Of a DNA stretch of 64,000 bases, positions 28,304-36,911 are shown one piece after another. A model generated the notes under the pieces. It was not told where the DNA came from and searched no databases. It saw only the letters and a list, made by a program, of their open reading frames with translations. The stretch covers positions 546,386-610,385 of the forward strand of contig JAQUSJ010000001.1 of assembly GCA_028715175.1 (NCBI GenBank). Reading direction: 5' to 3'. Origin of the DNA: Candidatus Daviesbacteria bacterium (GTDB lineage Bacteria > Patescibacteriota > Microgenomatia > Daviesbacterales > UBA10151). Position 1 is the stretch's first letter, and the number at the start of each line of letters is the position of its first letter. The position numbers were made by a program, and so were the translations under genes.

Positions 28304-28725
28304 AGGTCTATATACCCCGGATATTCTGGTTTTAAACTAGTTCTACACACAAGTAATGCATCCACAAGTGGCCAGCCTGTTTGATTTGCAATGCGTTCAT
28401 ATACATTTACTGTATCTGAAACTCTTTTGCTCGTCTCCAAAAAATACCAATTTTCATTATCTGCATCTAAAGCAATACCGTGCCCCATCATAATCATTGC
28501 TGAAGTTATAAATTCTAACTCTTTACCTCGCTCTGTCAAAACTAACAATTGACTGTGAAAAACATGAGGAAATCCAGATACTTCCAGATAAGTTGAGTGA
28601 CCTCTTCTTGCCAAATTTATATCTTCTACAGGGCATCCCAGTTTAATACCCCAGGTTTCCAGCTCAACATCTAATTTCGGGTTTCCGGTTGTTGGAGTTG
28701 GAAATATTATTTCAGGAGTCTCCAT
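28300..28725 (-). CDS. Hypothetical protein
   Basis: ORF with TGCTATAAT 6 nt upstream. Confidence 0.6.
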   Translation of the reverse strand: METPEIIFPTPTTGNPKLDVELETWGIKLGCPVEDINLARRGHSTYLEVSGFPHVFHSQLLVLTERGKELEFITSAMIMMGHGIALDADNENWYFLETSKRVSDTVNVYERIANQTGWPLVDALLVCRTSLKPEYPGYIDL

Positions 28726-28829
28726 CAGTAAATTATAGCAAGTATAGTAAAAAGTTCTAACAAAGTAGACTGAGGTTATTTAAAAAAGCTGCGGGTCTTA
28801 AACCAAGTTAGAATTTCTTTAATGAGTGT

Positions 28830-29540
28830 TTAAGACTTAACTTTTAACCCCCAAATATTAAAAGTATCACGTAATTGTCCACTTACTTGGCTTTCTACCG
28901 TTACATTTTTACTTGCCATAATTTTAACTCCACTGTGTTGCAAAAGATCAGATAGTTCATCACTTCTAAAATGATGCGCAATAAACCATATTCCTCCATC
29001 ACGAGTATTATGCACAACAACACTACCATATTCTCCGATAACATTACTGTCCCTTGTATAAACATCAACCCACCGTCGGTTATCATAATGTGTCCTTTGA
29101 AAAGGATCGTTAATTAAAGCAAACTCAGCTACATAAATTAATCCTCCGTCTTTTAAGACTCTCATGGTTTCATTTAATATTTCTTCTCTTTGGTTTCTAT
29201 TTACCGCTCCTAAAACACCGAGCATCACAGCTCCATCAAAAGTATCAGGGGGAAAGGGCTGATACTCTCCGTATGCCTGAAGAAAAGACAACTCTGGAAA
29301 TTCTGCTTTACCAGTCAATAGTTCTTGAAGATTTGGGTCAAAAGCGACAGCCCTTGCACCTAAAATATCAAGTTGGTGTGTGACTCTTCCGTGAGCACAA
29401 CCAATATCTAAAAACAAATCCCCTGGTTTTACGAGTGATATAAAATTTGCATGTAAGGTGGTGGAAGCAGGTGCATGAACACCAGTATCTTTGAGCCGAT
29501 AAATTGTTTCTAAAGAGGCAGATTCTGTTTCTACAAACAT
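28830..29540 (-). CDS. Class I SAM-dependent methyltransferase
   Basis: FLDIGCAHG, FP..TFD and RVLKDGG motifs. Confidence 0.85.
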   Translation of the reverse strand: MFVETESASLETIYRLKDTGVHAPASTTLHANFISLVKPGDLFLDIGCAHGRVTHQLDILGARAVAFDPNLQELLTGKAEFPELSFLQAYGEYQPFPPDTFDGAVMLGVLGAVNRNQREEILNETMRVLKDGGLIYVAEFALINDPFQRTHYDNRRWVDVYTRDSNVIGEYGSVVVHNTRDGGIWFIAHHFRSDELSDLLQHSGVKIMASKNVTVESQVSGQLRDTFNIWGLKVKS

Positions 29541-29636
29541 CTGCTTTACCCCGATTTGATTATAGTATACCAGAAATTCTAATGTCCAAGTCCCTTATTT
29601 TAGAAAGGATTGTCAGGACAATCTAATCCAGTCTTG

Positions 29637-29707
29637 CTGCCGGACTAGGAGTCGGACCTAGATAGACACATCCAAAGTGTGTCGTCCTACCATTAGACGA
29701 TCCGGCA
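29637..29707 (-). tRNA. tRNA-Gln(TTG)
   Basis: Anticodon arm ACACA-CTTTGGA-TGTGT. T-loop TCCGACT. Confidence 0.9.
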
Positions 29708-29737
29708 ATTATTTTTTGGCTGGCATTTTTCTTAATA

Positions 29738-30016
29738 TTAAACTAAATAAACTTCCGTACCTGGTTTTGTGGGTTGATCTACTTTCAGGCCAAATGAATC
29801 TCCTTTTTTGACAGAATCTACATCTTGGTGATCTACCTGCAGACTGTCAATTTTTTGAACAAACTCTTCATCTCCTCTTTTAAATTTAACTTCATCTCCT
29901 ACTTTCAACCCGCCTGATTCCAAATCCACAATAGCCACTCCTAACTTATCATAGTAGTGAACAACTTTGCCTATAGATTTACTATCTTTACAGCAACCAT
30001 CTCCTGATTTATCCAA
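29738..30016 (-). CDS. Small beta-barrel protein (EF-Tu domain II/U32 C-terminal-like)
   Basis: IGKVVHYYDKLGVAIV...LKVGD...SLQVD. TTG start after GGAGGTG. Confidence 0.7.
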   Translation of the reverse strand: MDKSGDGCCKDSKSIGKVVHYYDKLGVAIVDLESGGLKVGDEVKFKRGDEEFVQKIDSLQVDHQDVDSVKKGDSFGLKVDQPTKPGTEVYLV

Positions 30017-30150
30017 ATTTATCACCTCCAATTCTAATTATTCTGTACACATTATACCTTAAATACTCCAATAAGGTATGGTATTGACTATGATTTAAAA
30101 GTATGCCAACAATGGAAGTAGAGTTTTTAAAAAGAGGAGGTGATAAATAC

Positions 30151-30345
30151 ATGAATACAAAACAACTGGTAGCTTGGATATTAGTGCTTGGTGCTCTTAA
30201 CATGGGATTGGTTGGACTTTTAGGCCTTAATGTTGTTGAGACAGTTTTAGGAGCTGGTACATTACTCACCAAAGTAGTCTACATGGTGGTAGGTTTGGCA
30301 GGGCTGTATAAAGCATATTGTTTGATTGGTGGGAAGTGTAAGTAA
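30151..30345 (+). CDS. DUF378-like small membrane protein
   Basis: LVLGALNMGLVG...VY.VVGLAGLY. GGAGGTG RBS. Confidence 0.8.
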   Translation: MNTKQLVAWILVLGALNMGLVGLLGLNVVETVLGAGTLLTKVVYMVVGLAGLYKAYCLIGGKCK

Positions 30346-30385
30346 AAAATATATTGGCTAGCCGATATATTTTGGTAATTATTTA

Positions 30386-30414
30386 AAATCCGGCCGTTTA
30401 TCGGCCGGATTTTT
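30386..30414. terminator. Bidirectional intrinsic terminator
   Basis: AAAATCCGGCCG-TTTAT-CGGCCGGATTTT between convergent transcripts. Confidence 0.75.
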
Positions 30415-30489
30415 TGGAGCGGGAGACGGGATTCGCACCCGCGACCTCCTACTTGGCAAGCAGGCATTCTGCTACTGAACTACTCCCGC
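30415..30489 (-). tRNA. tRNA-Gly(GCC)
   Basis: Anticodon arm CCTGC-TTGCCAA-GTAGG. CCA encoded. Confidence 0.92.
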
Positions 30490-30511
30490 ACTTCATCCGC
30501 CTCTGGCGGAT

Positions 30512-30760
30512 TCAGTGTAAACTATCGACCAATTTCTGTTTTTTAACTCTAGACCAACCCTTAATCTCTTTTTCTCTCTTAGCTGCAAGATATCTGTCTT
30601 TAAACCTTTCCCAATAAACCAGCCTAACAGGTATCTTGCTTAGCTGTAAACAACTCTTAATTCTACTATTATGCTCCTTTATTCTTCTTTTAAGATCCCA
30701 CGTTATCCCCGTATACAAAGACTCATCTTTACATCTTAGTATGTATGTAAACCAAGCCAT
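30512..30760 (-). CDS. Stand-alone GIY-YIG nuclease (YhbQ/Slx1-like)
   Basis: TYILRC...LYTGIT..LKRR..EHN...A.KRE..IK motif. Start reassigned to 30760. Confidence 0.9.
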   Translation of the reverse strand: MAWFTYILRCKDESLYTGITWDLKRRIKEHNSRIKSCLQLSKIPVRLVYWERFKDRYLAAKREKEIKGWSRVKKQKLVDSLH

Positions 30761-30790
30761 AGAGCAGTTTACACAGAGCGAAGCGAAGTG

Positions 30791-30863
30791 TGCCTCGACC
30801 CAGAATCGGACTGAGATAATCCGCTCTTCAGGCGGACGCCTTGACCACGTTGGCAATCGAGGC
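30791..30863 (-). tRNA. tRNA-Phe(GAA)
   Basis: Anticodon arm TCCGC-CTGAAGA-GCGGA. T-loop TCCGATT. Confidence 0.88.
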
Positions 30864-30889
30864 AAACTTAAGAAGATTTTACCACATAA

Positions 30890-32674
30890 TTATTTAACTG
30901 TAACGCTTTTAGCTATGTTTCTGGGTTTGTCTACATTATGACCTAATTCCACAGCCATATAATAAGCCAGAAGCTGCAAGGGGATTATATTCATGATGGC
31001 AGAGGTTTCACCGGTATCCGGAACAGGAATATAGTGGTCAAAGACAGCACAGGCAGCGGGAGAAATGCCGATTACTGTTGCACCTCTTGCCTTAACCTGA
31101 TTGACTGCATTTATCACGTCATCCCTGGCCAAATCCTCCGATACCACCGCAATCACCGGCACGCCTTTTTCCATCAAGGTTATTGCATAGTGCTTTAAAT
31201 CTCCTGCGGGGATACCATGAGCATGTATGTATGATCCTTCTATTATTTTAACCATTCCTTCACTGATAATATTAAAATTTTGATATTTGCCCAGCAGAAA
31301 GATATCTTTATGTTTAGCTAAAATTTTTGCCAGATTCTTAATCGTTTCGTGGTTTGCATTTGTATTCAAGTATTTATCCATCTCCTCAACTAACTTTTTT
31401 AAGTTAACCCTTCCTTCTTTGCTTTTTCCGCTTGCCACTTTTGCTATCAGATATCCCCAGGCAATTTGTGAGGTAAAAACTTTAGTGGACATCACACAAA
31501 TCTCCGGTCCTGCGTGCGCAGAATACGGGTGATCGGAAATACGCGCCATAGTAGAACCCGGCATATTAACATACGAAGCAATCTTAACACCTTTCTTTTT
31601 GGCAATTTCTAAAACTTCCAAAACATCTGCTGTTTCACCGGATTGTGAAGGAGCAATTATCAAGTCATCCTTGGTTAATAAATCATAGTAGTCATACATA
31701 TCAGCGCCTATGACGCTTCTTGCGTTAACTTGAGCAAATACCCGAAGGTAAAAAGCGACCTCCGATGCGGCGATGCCGGCTGTACCAGACCCGATTGTGT
31801 AGACATTTTTGGCTTCTTTTAATGTTTTGATGAAATCCTCGTATAACTTAAAGTCTTGATTTAAAACCTGACTGACAACATAAGGGCTCTCATGAATTTC
31901 CTTAAGCATGAAATGATCATAACCTTCTTTATCAACTTTGCTGTTTTTAAAATCAATCTTCTCTAAATGATAAGGCAAATCTTTGTTGGACTTGATATCC
32001 CTAAGTTGCAGCTTGCCATTCCAGGTTATCATCTGCCCGTTTTCTACAACTAGTATTCTGTTTACATAAGGAGCAAACGATAGCGTGTCGGAAGAGAAAA
32101 ATATCTCTTCACCATTAACTCCCACCACCAAAGGGGAACCGTTTCGGCAAGCTATAATCCGGCCCGCTTTTGTCACAAGAATAATGGTATTTCGTCCCTC
32201 CAATTCTAAAAACGCCAGCCTCACCGCTTCCTTTAAATCTACTTTCCCACTCGTCAAGTGGGAAGCTGTTTTTAATTTATCTTCTATTAGTCGAACAATC
32301 ACTTCTGTGTCTGTTTCTGTTTGAAATTTATAGCCTTTTTTTTGCAAAGCAGATTTCAACTTCTGATAATTTTCCACAATGCCGTTTTGCGCAAGGACAA
32401 AAGATTTGTCTGAAGAAAAATGCGGATGGGCGTTTGTGACATTTACCCCACCATGGGTAGCCCAGCGGGTATGACCAATCCCTGCATTGGATCTCGGCAG
32501 ATTAATGAGTTGGTTCAAGTCGCCAATCGCTCCAACTTTTTTGTCAATCTTGATCTGGTCTGCCACCACTGCAATACCCCAGGAATCGTAACCCCGATAT
32601 TCCAGCCTTTTTAAACCTTCCAGAATAACTTCAGAAGCATTTTTTGATCCAATATAGCCAAATATTCCACACAT
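30890..32674 (-). CDS. glmS: Glutamine-fructose-6-phosphate aminotransferase
   Basis: MCGI, LEYRGYDS, GHTRWATHG, SQSGET and PRNIAKSVTV motifs. Confidence 0.97.
   Translation of the reverse strand: MCGIFGYIGSKNASEVILEGLKRLEYRGYDSWGIAVVADQIKIDKKVGAIGDLNQLINLPRSNAGIGHTRWATHGGVNVTNAHPHFSSDKSFVLAQNGIVENYQKLKSALQKKGYKFQTETDTEVIVRLIEDKLKTASHLTSGKVDLKEAVRLAFLELEGRNTIILVTKAGRIIACRNGSPLVVGVNGEEIFFSSDTLSFAPYVNRILVVENGQMITWNGKLQLRDIKSNKDLPYHLEKIDFKNSKVDKEGYDHFMLKEIHESPYVVSQVLNQDFKLYEDFIKTLKEAKNVYTIGSGTAGIAASEVAFYLRVFAQVNARSVIGADMYDYYDLLTKDDLIIAPSQSGETADVLEVLEIAKKKGVKIASYVNMPGSTMARISDHPYSAHAGPEICVMSTKVFTSQIAWGYLIAKVASGKSKEGRVNLKKLVEEMDKYLNTNANHETIKNLAKILAKHKDIFLLGKYQNFNIISEGMVKIIEGSYIHAHGIPAGDLKHYAITLMEKGVPVIAVVSEDLARDDVINAVNQVKARGATVIGISPAACAVFDHYIPVPDTGETSAIMNIIPLQLLAYYMAVELGHNVDKPRNIAKSVTVK
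32244..32267. repeat. Palindromic repeat family B (in glmS)
   Basis: TTCCCACTCGTCAAGTGGGAAGCT is identical to 52117-52140; a loop-inverted copy lies at 54728-54751. Confidence 0.88.
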
Positions 32675-32707
32675 GTTATTCAGGGATTATATCATGTACA
32701 CCTACAA

Positions 32708-32742
32708 GTGGGTGCTGAGGGATTTGAACCCCCGACATCTTC
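32708..32742 (-). pseudogene. 3' half of a second tRNA (Val-like) abutting the CCA of tRNA-Val(TAC)
   Basis: GAAGATGTC-GGGGG-TTCAAAT-CCCTC-AGCACCC-AC; no 5' half. Confidence 0.7.
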
Positions 32743-32819
32743 TGGTGGACAAGACAGGACTCGAACCTGTGACCTCCTCAGTGTAAATGAGGCGCTCTAA
32801 CCAACTGAGCTACTTGTCC
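32743..32819 (-). tRNA. tRNA-Val(TAC)
   Basis: Anticodon arm CCTCA-TTTACAC-TGAGG. CCA encoded. Confidence 0.95.
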
Positions 32820-32891
32820 AAATCAGCGCTCTTCCCGGTGTGTCAATCTATCCCACCCCTGGTGTGTGTTAGCTTCACACCGTAGGGTATG

Positions 32892-32974
32892 TGCCGGGAA
32901 GAGGAGTTGAACCTCCACGCCCTTACGGGCACTACCACCTCAAGGTAGCGTGTATACCATTTCACCATCCCGGC
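32892..32974 (-). tRNA. tRNA-Leu(GAG)
   Basis: Anticodon arm CTACC-TTGAGGT-GGTAG with long variable arm. Confidence 0.93.
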
Positions 32975-33052
32975 TTGCTTAGAGTATCTGATAATTTTAT
33001 CAGTTTAATGCAGGCATATCAATCTGAAACAGAGGATTAGTAACTCTTTTTC

Positions 33053-34234
33053 CTAAAGGGAATTTTGTTTTTTTGAATGCTCTGGATATAAAACTAATAT
33101 AATTCTTTCCCAGGCTACTAGAAACCTTTTCATCTCATCCATTGCTGCATCATATTCCGGTGTATCTTTATCTTGTCTAATAAAAGTTGTTTGTCTTTTC
33201 TTTAGACCGTTTCTGTAAATGCTTCTTGCTTCTTCGTAAGACATATCTTCTTCTACCCCTATTAATTCTAAAGCTTCAGCATAGTTTTTACTGGCATTTT
33301 CAAATAAATCTTCAATTCTAGATTCATCCGACCCTCTCTTTGCCTCTTCAGCTTTCCTTTCCCGTTCTTCTTGTTTAACACCAAAATTATGATACCTAAA
33401 ATGCGCATCAAAATCATAGCCTCTAGAAAAACGCATTTGACTCAACTTTGCTGGATCTATTTTAAAATCATCAGGAACTTCTCCAGCGGAAGGTTTGTTT
33501 GTACCATATTTAATCTGGGCATAGGCTTTCATTAGATCAAAATCAAAACCATTAGCTTGATATTGCCCGCTTAAAAATTCATAGGTGGCAAGGGCTTGTA
33601 ATGCCTCTATATTTTCTTCAGGTTTTTTCCCATTAGCCTGATAGGCTAAAACTATGGCTTGACGGGCTTTGATCCTCATATTAAATCTCCCCATGACTTC
33701 CTTAGCTTCCTCAAAAGATTTGCCTTCAAACTCTTGTTCTTTCGCATTCACATCCTTAAGCCGATCATCAATTTCATTTGCTACTAAAAGGACTGAATTA
33801 ATTAAATGTTTATCTGGTTGTCTAGAGTTCGGACGTGGATTATATAAAATGCTTCTTATCGTATAGAAACTTCCCTCTACAAGTAATGCATCTTGCAATG
33901 AATTTAATTCTGGAAAACCTTCTGACGTATCAATCACATATTGAACTAATCCTTCGGGATTACGAAGCTTTGCTATCCTGGATGTCTCTCTTTGAAGAAT
34001 CTCCAAGCCTTGAATGCCATACATCAAGCCGTCTTCAGAACCTTCCAATGCATCATATAGTTTGAGCATTATTTCCGGATTATCCCCGGTGTAAGGATGT
34101 CGACCAATAGCTTCACGTAGACCACCCCATTCTGTGGGCTGATCAACTGCTATACCTATAGCCCGATTTACAGCCTTAGGATCATCTAAAGAACCATCAA
34201 AGAACTGTACAAAACCTTCAATTATATTTTCCAT
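33053..34234 (-). CDS. Hypothetical helical protein with degenerate C-terminal J-like domain
   Basis: ALELIGV...SYEEARSIYR...EMKRFLVAWERI; no HPD motif. Confidence 0.55.
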   Translation of the reverse strand: MENIIEGFVQFFDGSLDDPKAVNRAIGIAVDQPTEWGGLREAIGRHPYTGDNPEIMLKLYDALEGSEDGLMYGIQGLEILQRETSRIAKLRNPEGLVQYVIDTSEGFPELNSLQDALLVEGSFYTIRSILYNPRPNSRQPDKHLINSVLLVANEIDDRLKDVNAKEQEFEGKSFEEAKEVMGRFNMRIKARQAIVLAYQANGKKPEENIEALQALATYEFLSGQYQANGFDFDLMKAYAQIKYGTNKPSAGEVPDDFKIDPAKLSQMRFSRGYDFDAHFRYHNFGVKQEERERKAEEAKRGSDESRIEDLFENASKNYAEALELIGVEEDMSYEEARSIYRNGLKKRQTTFIRQDKDTPEYDAAMDEMKRFLVAWERIILVLYPEHSKKQNSL

Positions 34235-34305
34235 AAAAAATCCAAGAACGAGTATAAAATTTTTATATAAAAATTTCAACTATGGGGCATTGCGCTTTTG
34301 AGTAG

Positions 34306-34389
34306 TGCCCCAAGGGAGATTCGAACTCCCACGCCATTTCTGGCACTGACTTCTGAGGCCAGCCTGTCTACCAATTCCAGCATCGGGGC
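34306..34389 (-). tRNA. tRNA-Leu(CAG)
   Basis: Anticodon arm CTGGC-CTCAGAA-GTCAG. Confidence 0.93.
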
Positions 34390-34447
34390 TTTATTCTCAT
34401 ATTTTAGCACTATTCCACTTTTGCAGGTAGTGTATAATACTTTCTTA

Positions 34448-35458
34448 ATGGCAAAGTATCCTTTCCAGCAAAAAATAGTCACTTTTGGCGGAGGGACAGG
34501 ACATTTCTCCCTCCTTCGCGGTTTGGTAGAACTCAACCAGCCGGAACTGATCAGTGCAGTTGTAGGCACCTGGGATTCGGGCGGATCATCAGGCAGATTA
34601 AGAACCGAACTGGGAGTTTTACCTCCCGGAGATATCAGGCAATGCCTGCTGGCTTTAATGGAAGATCCAAAACAGCGTCAGGTTGCCCAAAAGCTTTTTG
34701 ATGACAGGTTAGCAAACATTGAAGGCCCGCTAAAAGGTCATAGTTTGGGCAACTTAATTGCCGCCAGGTTAGAACACATTTATAAGGGCGCGGATAGAGG
34801 TGTGGAGGCAGAACGCTTGCTTTTTAGAATCAGATCTAGGGTTTTACCTGTGAGCATATCAGAACTAAACTTAATGGCAAAACTGGAAGGCGGAGAGGAA
34901 TTAGATGGAGAAACTAATATAGATTTAAGAGGGGAAAAGGAGAACTATGATAAAAAGAAGAAAATCACCAGGGTTTATTTTGAAACCAATGCAGACCCAA
35001 ACCCGGAAGTACTGCAAGTTATTACCGATGCTGAAAAAATAGTCTTCTCTATGGGCGATTTGTACACCAGCGTTTTACCCCATCTTTTGGTTGCCGGAAT
35101 AAAAGAGGCAATTGAGGGATCAAAAGCAAAAGTAATCCTTGTGCTCAACTTGATGACCAAAATAGGGGAAACGGACAACTTTAAAGCCTCTGATTATTTA
35201 AAAAGCTTCTCATACTACCTGGGTGGCAAAAACAGGATAGATGTGATGGTTGCAAACTCCAATGGGTTAGACAGCGAGATCTTAAAAGTCTATAAAAAAG
35301 ATAAGCAGCAACCTGTAGCAGTAGACGAAGCTGAATGCAGAAAAATTTCCCCTGGCATAAAAATAGTGCAAAAACCTTTGGCTGTTTATCATATCAGGGA
35401 ACATCTTTTCCGCCACGATCCGCAAAAATTAGCCGGCACCATTTTAGAAGTGGAATAG
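34448..35458 (+). CDS. yvcK: YvcK/GlmR (CofD-like) UDP-GlcNAc-binding protein
   Basis: FGGGTG, DSGGSSGRLR, PPGDIR and GHSLGNL motifs. Confidence 0.9.
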   Translation: MAKYPFQQKIVTFGGGTGHFSLLRGLVELNQPELISAVVGTWDSGGSSGRLRTELGVLPPGDIRQCLLALMEDPKQRQVAQKLFDDRLANIEGPLKGHSLGNLIAARLEHIYKGADRGVEAERLLFRIRSRVLPVSISELNLMAKLEGGEELDGETNIDLRGEKENYDKKKKITRVYFETNADPNPEVLQVITDAEKIVFSMGDLYTSVLPHLLVAGIKEAIEGSKAKVILVLNLMTKIGETDNFKASDYLKSFSYYLGGKNRIDVMVANSNGLDSEILKVYKKDKQQPVAVDEAECRKISPGIKIVQKPLAVYHIREHLFRHDPQKLAGTILEVE

Positions 35459-35544
35459 CCTCAAAAATACCTGCACGCAGGTCGCCGAAGTATTGACAAA
35501 AGACAAAAATTCTGGTTACTATCAATTGCAGAAATTTTTAGCAG

Positions 35545-36147
35545 ATGGACAATCTCAACCTTAAAACCAATGTGTGGTTTGTTGCTGCCTGGTTTGCAGC
35601 AGCAACTACCGCTTTAATATTTTCACTTACTTTTACCTTGTACCTCTCAAACGCTAAAATAATTAATCCCAATCCGCCGGCTGGCGGACAAAGCTTTAAG
35701 TTATATGCAGCTTTACCTAAGTCTGAAACATTTATTACAGACGAAATAAACTATGCTGACGGCAGGGCAAAAATAATTGAGGATTTTTTGAAAAATTACA
35801 AATCACCCTTATCCGATTATAGCCATATTTTTATCCAGGTTGCCGATAAATACCAGTTAGACTACCGGTTATTGCCTTCAATCGCCATGCAGGAATCAAA
35901 CGGCGGGAAAAAAGTTATTAATCACTCCTATAATCCATTCGGATACGGCATATATGGCAGTATGGTGCTCAAATTTAATTCATGGGAAGAGGCGATTGAA
36001 AGGGTTGGCAAAGCCCTGCGCGAGGACTACTTAAATCAGGGCTTGAAAACACCATACCAGATAATGACCAAATACACACCTCCGTCTCTGCTCGTGGACG
36101 GAAGTTGGGCTAAAGGCGTTTTTACCTTCATGGAAGAACTGCGATAA
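35545..36147 (+). CDS. Lysozyme-like/glucosaminidase-domain protein
   Basis: LLPSIAMQESNGGK...NPFGYG motif and N-terminal TM. Confidence 0.7.
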   Translation: MDNLNLKTNVWFVAAWFAAATTALIFSLTFTLYLSNAKIINPNPPAGGQSFKLYAALPKSETFITDEINYADGRAKIIEDFLKNYKSPLSDYSHIFIQVADKYQLDYRLLPSIAMQESNGGKKVINHSYNPFGYGIYGSMVLKFNSWEEAIERVGKALREDYLNQGLKTPYQIMTKYTPPSLLVDGSWAKGVFTFMEELR

Positions 36148-36196
36148 TTCTTGCAGTCACCTCGAAAGTGAGCTTTGGCTCCTTCGAGGTAATAGT

Positions 36197-36225
36197 TTGA
36201 CTTCTGATCCCCTTTCTGCTATACT
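36197..36225 (+). promoter_or_regulatory. Sigma70-type promoter
   Basis: TTGACT-17nt-TATACT with an extended TG. Confidence 0.6.
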
Positions 36226-36272
36226 ATCGGTCTTAAAAACCTGTACCCTCTGGTACGGGTTTTTTAAAAGCT

Positions 36273-36869
36273 ATGAAAACAAAAAAATTAAAAATTTTTT
36301 ATTTTTTATTAACTCTTCTATTTCTTTTCCCAAACATGCAAGTTCGGGCGGAAAAAAAGATGGAAATTACTGACCAGGTTATCCAGGTGCAATCCAGAAA
36401 ATTGGATAGCAAAGCAGAAATTTTAGCTGCCTATTTGGAAAAATTCGATTCTCCGCTGCAATATCATGCGCAGGATTTTATTGATGCTGCCAACGAATAT
36501 AATTTAGACTGGAAACTTTTACCCTCAATTGCAGGCGTTGAATCCACTTTCGGAAAAGCTATCCCGGGAGGATTTAATGGATGGGGTTGGGGAGTTTATG
36601 GCACCCAGGCTATTTATTTTAGTTCATGGAAAGAAGCTATTTTTACTGTCGCTAAAGGTTTACGCGAAAATTACTTAAACAAAGGTTTAACAAACCCTTA
36701 TTCCATAAACAGAGTTTATGCTGCTTCCCCTTATTGGGGCGGAAAGGTTTCATATTTCATGAATGATTTAGAAAAGTTCGCAAACGCTTTTGAAGGCGGA
36801 GATATGCAGGCAAATATCGGTTTTGTTCCAAAAATAGCTGCCATCTCGGGCCAATTAGCCTTAAGATAA
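36273..36869 (+). CDS. Lysozyme-like/glucosaminidase-domain protein (paralog of the previous gene)
   Basis: LLPSIAGVESTFGK...NGWGWG; shares the LRE.YLN.GL motif. Confidence 0.7.
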   Translation: MKTKKLKIFYFLLTLLFLFPNMQVRAEKKMEITDQVIQVQSRKLDSKAEILAAYLEKFDSPLQYHAQDFIDAANEYNLDWKLLPSIAGVESTFGKAIPGGFNGWGWGVYGTQAIYFSSWKEAIFTVAKGLRENYLNKGLTNPYSINRVYAASPYWGGKVSYFMNDLEKFANAFEGGDMQANIGFVPKIAAISGQLALR

Positions 36870-36911
36870 ATAACTAGTGACTAGTGACTGGTGACTAGTT
36901 ATAATGCCCAT

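Noticed and set aside
30279-30941. ORFs 30279-30467, 30414-30617, 30636-30941 and the 117-aa version of the GIY-YIG gene
   Set aside because: Read-throughs of tRNA-Gly or tRNA-Phe, or antisense shadows.
34276-34569. ORF 34276-34569 and the N-terminal extension of yvcK from 34298
   Set aside because: They overlap tRNA-Leu(CAG); recognisable YvcK sequence starts at 34448.
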